A stretch of 64,000 nt of DNA, from the NCBI GenBank assembly GCA_036498725.1, contig DASYEY010000256.1:5611-69610 (forward strand). The letters are read 5' to 3'. This document shows, one piece after another, positions 63,333 to 64,000 of this stretch (position 1 is its first letter; every line of letters begins with the position of its first letter). The notes beneath the pieces are model-generated. The model was given only the letters and a program-made list of their open reading frames with translations. It was not told the DNA's origin and searched no databases. This DNA is from Verrucomicrobiia bacterium. Its GTDB lineage: Bacteria; Verrucomicrobiota; Verrucomicrobiia; Limisphaerales; UBA11358. Both the position numbers and the translations under genes were made by a program.

Positions 63333-64000
63333 TTGGCGACTGCCTCCTCTATCAGTTGTTCGACGCGGGTTTTGGCTTCTGCGAGGAGCTGCTTTGATTT
63401 GGCCTCGGCAGCGGCACCACGGTCGTAAAGCTTGCGAATTTCTTTCTGCACTGAATCGGGGGCTTCCCAAATTTGAAACTTCCGAATGTCGAAGGGATAC
63501 AACTCGATTTGGCCGGACGAACCACGCTGGTGCATTTCCACCTGCATCTGACCGGCGCGACTGTTCAGGTAAAAGGACGCATACACCGGGTCCAAGGTGG
63601 AGGAACGCAGAATGGTGACGTGATTGTCTGGCAGCGCATTCTCGTTGGCTAGATAGGGCGCAACCCGCCCAAGCGTCCCACGGCCAGTGCCATTCATTAG
63701 GATGTCACCGTAGCGGATTTGTAGGTCTGCCAGTGGACCGGGCATGGCCTGGCGGTTGCCGTCGAGAATCACCTTATTGGGTTGGACGTGTTTGGAATTG
63801 ACCACCGGCAAACCCGAATCACTGTAAAACGGTTGTTTGCCGCGATTACAAAATGTTAAATGACGGGTCAATGGCGCGAGTGTGATTTTCTTTGGCAGCT
63901 TTTGAACGAAGCTCTTGAACTCTGGCAAAAAATGCTCTGAATCCAACCTTCTTGATTTCTCTACTTCACTGAATTGCGCCGTGTAACCAACGGGCCAGTC
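63329..64000 (-). CDS. hsdS: Restriction-modification specificity subunit (HsdS-like, single target-recognition domain), 5' end at or beyond the window edge
   Basis: A Methylase_S-type TRD (VVNSKHV...GDILMNGTGRGTLGRV...DNHVTILR...YLNS..GQ.Q) is followed by a C-terminal conserved helix (EIRKLYDRGAAAEAKSKQLLAEAKTRVEQLIEE). The frame stays open to position 64000 (DWPVGYTAQFSEVEKSRRLDSEHF). Confidence 0.75.
   Translation of the reverse strand, partial: DWPVGYTAQFSEVEKSRRLDSEHFLPEFKSFVQKLPKKITLAPLTRHLTFCNRGKQPFYSDSGLPVVNSKHVQPNKVILDGNRQAMPGPLADLQIRYGDILMNGTGRGTLGRVAPYLANENALPDNHVTILRSSTLDPVYASFYLNSRAGQMQVEMHQRGSSGQIELYPFDIRKFQIWEAPDSVQKEIRKLYDRGAAAEAKSKQLLAEAKTRVEQLIEEAVAK

Noticed and set aside
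1-64000. Scan for rRNA, tRNA, CRISPR arrays, intact IS elements or transposases, and integrases.
   Set aside because: I saw no regularly spaced direct repeats, no tRNA-like GTTCGAATC/T-loop context, no rRNA-like segments and no ORF with DDE-transposase or tyrosine/serine-recombinase motifs. Absence is based on reading only, not on covariance-model searches.

Overview
This 64-kb chromosomal window most likely comes from a PVC-superphylum, Verrucomicrobiota-like bacterium. The evidence is a prepilin-type [17 protein letters not shown] protein, giant autotransporter-beta-strand-repeat proteins and weak or absent Shine-Dalgarno signals. I recognised no rRNA, tRNA, CRISPR array or intact IS element.

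Gene content from left to right:
- rplU-rpmA-obg, then rsmD, a dienelactone hydrolase, a TPR protein, an ABC ATPase, an unassigned 470-aa protein, a class-I DAHP synthase and a FadL-type outer-membrane protein.
- A PhcB-like SAM methyltransferase translationally coupled to three unusual histidine-kinase proteins (9.7-17.2 kb).
- A FucP-type MFS transporter with a large insertion.
- A complete kdpFABCDE locus preceded by an extra mini-ORF.
- A pilin-like protein plus two giant surface proteins (1630 and about 2030 aa) built from shared modules.
- A fructan-utilisation cluster: GH32 twice, a DUF2961/GH172-like protein, an MFS sugar porter, a fructokinase and an AraR-type regulator.
- A sugar epimerase-like gene, a pectinesterase-esterase fusion, a MocR regulator with a divergent DUF2917/PanE-like pair, a secreted amidase-like protein and a beta-lactamase-family hydrolase.

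The most interesting region starts at about 56.25 kb. A decayed DUF932 (plasmid/ICE-type) gene fragment marks the edge of an apparently foreign island. The island holds eight tightly coupled minus-strand genes that run off the window:
- a single-domain HsdS
- a DUF3883-type nuclease
- a 63-aa protein
- three paralogous coiled-coil proteins, two of them with Mrr_N-like winged-helix C-termini
- a DndD-like SMC ATPase
- a DndE-like domain fused to a HerA/FtsK-like ATPase

No sulfur-transfer genes (DndA/DndC or SspA/SspD) are visible in the window. I could not match this gene set to any defence architecture I know, and it is my candidate for an undescribed DNA-surveillance or defence system.
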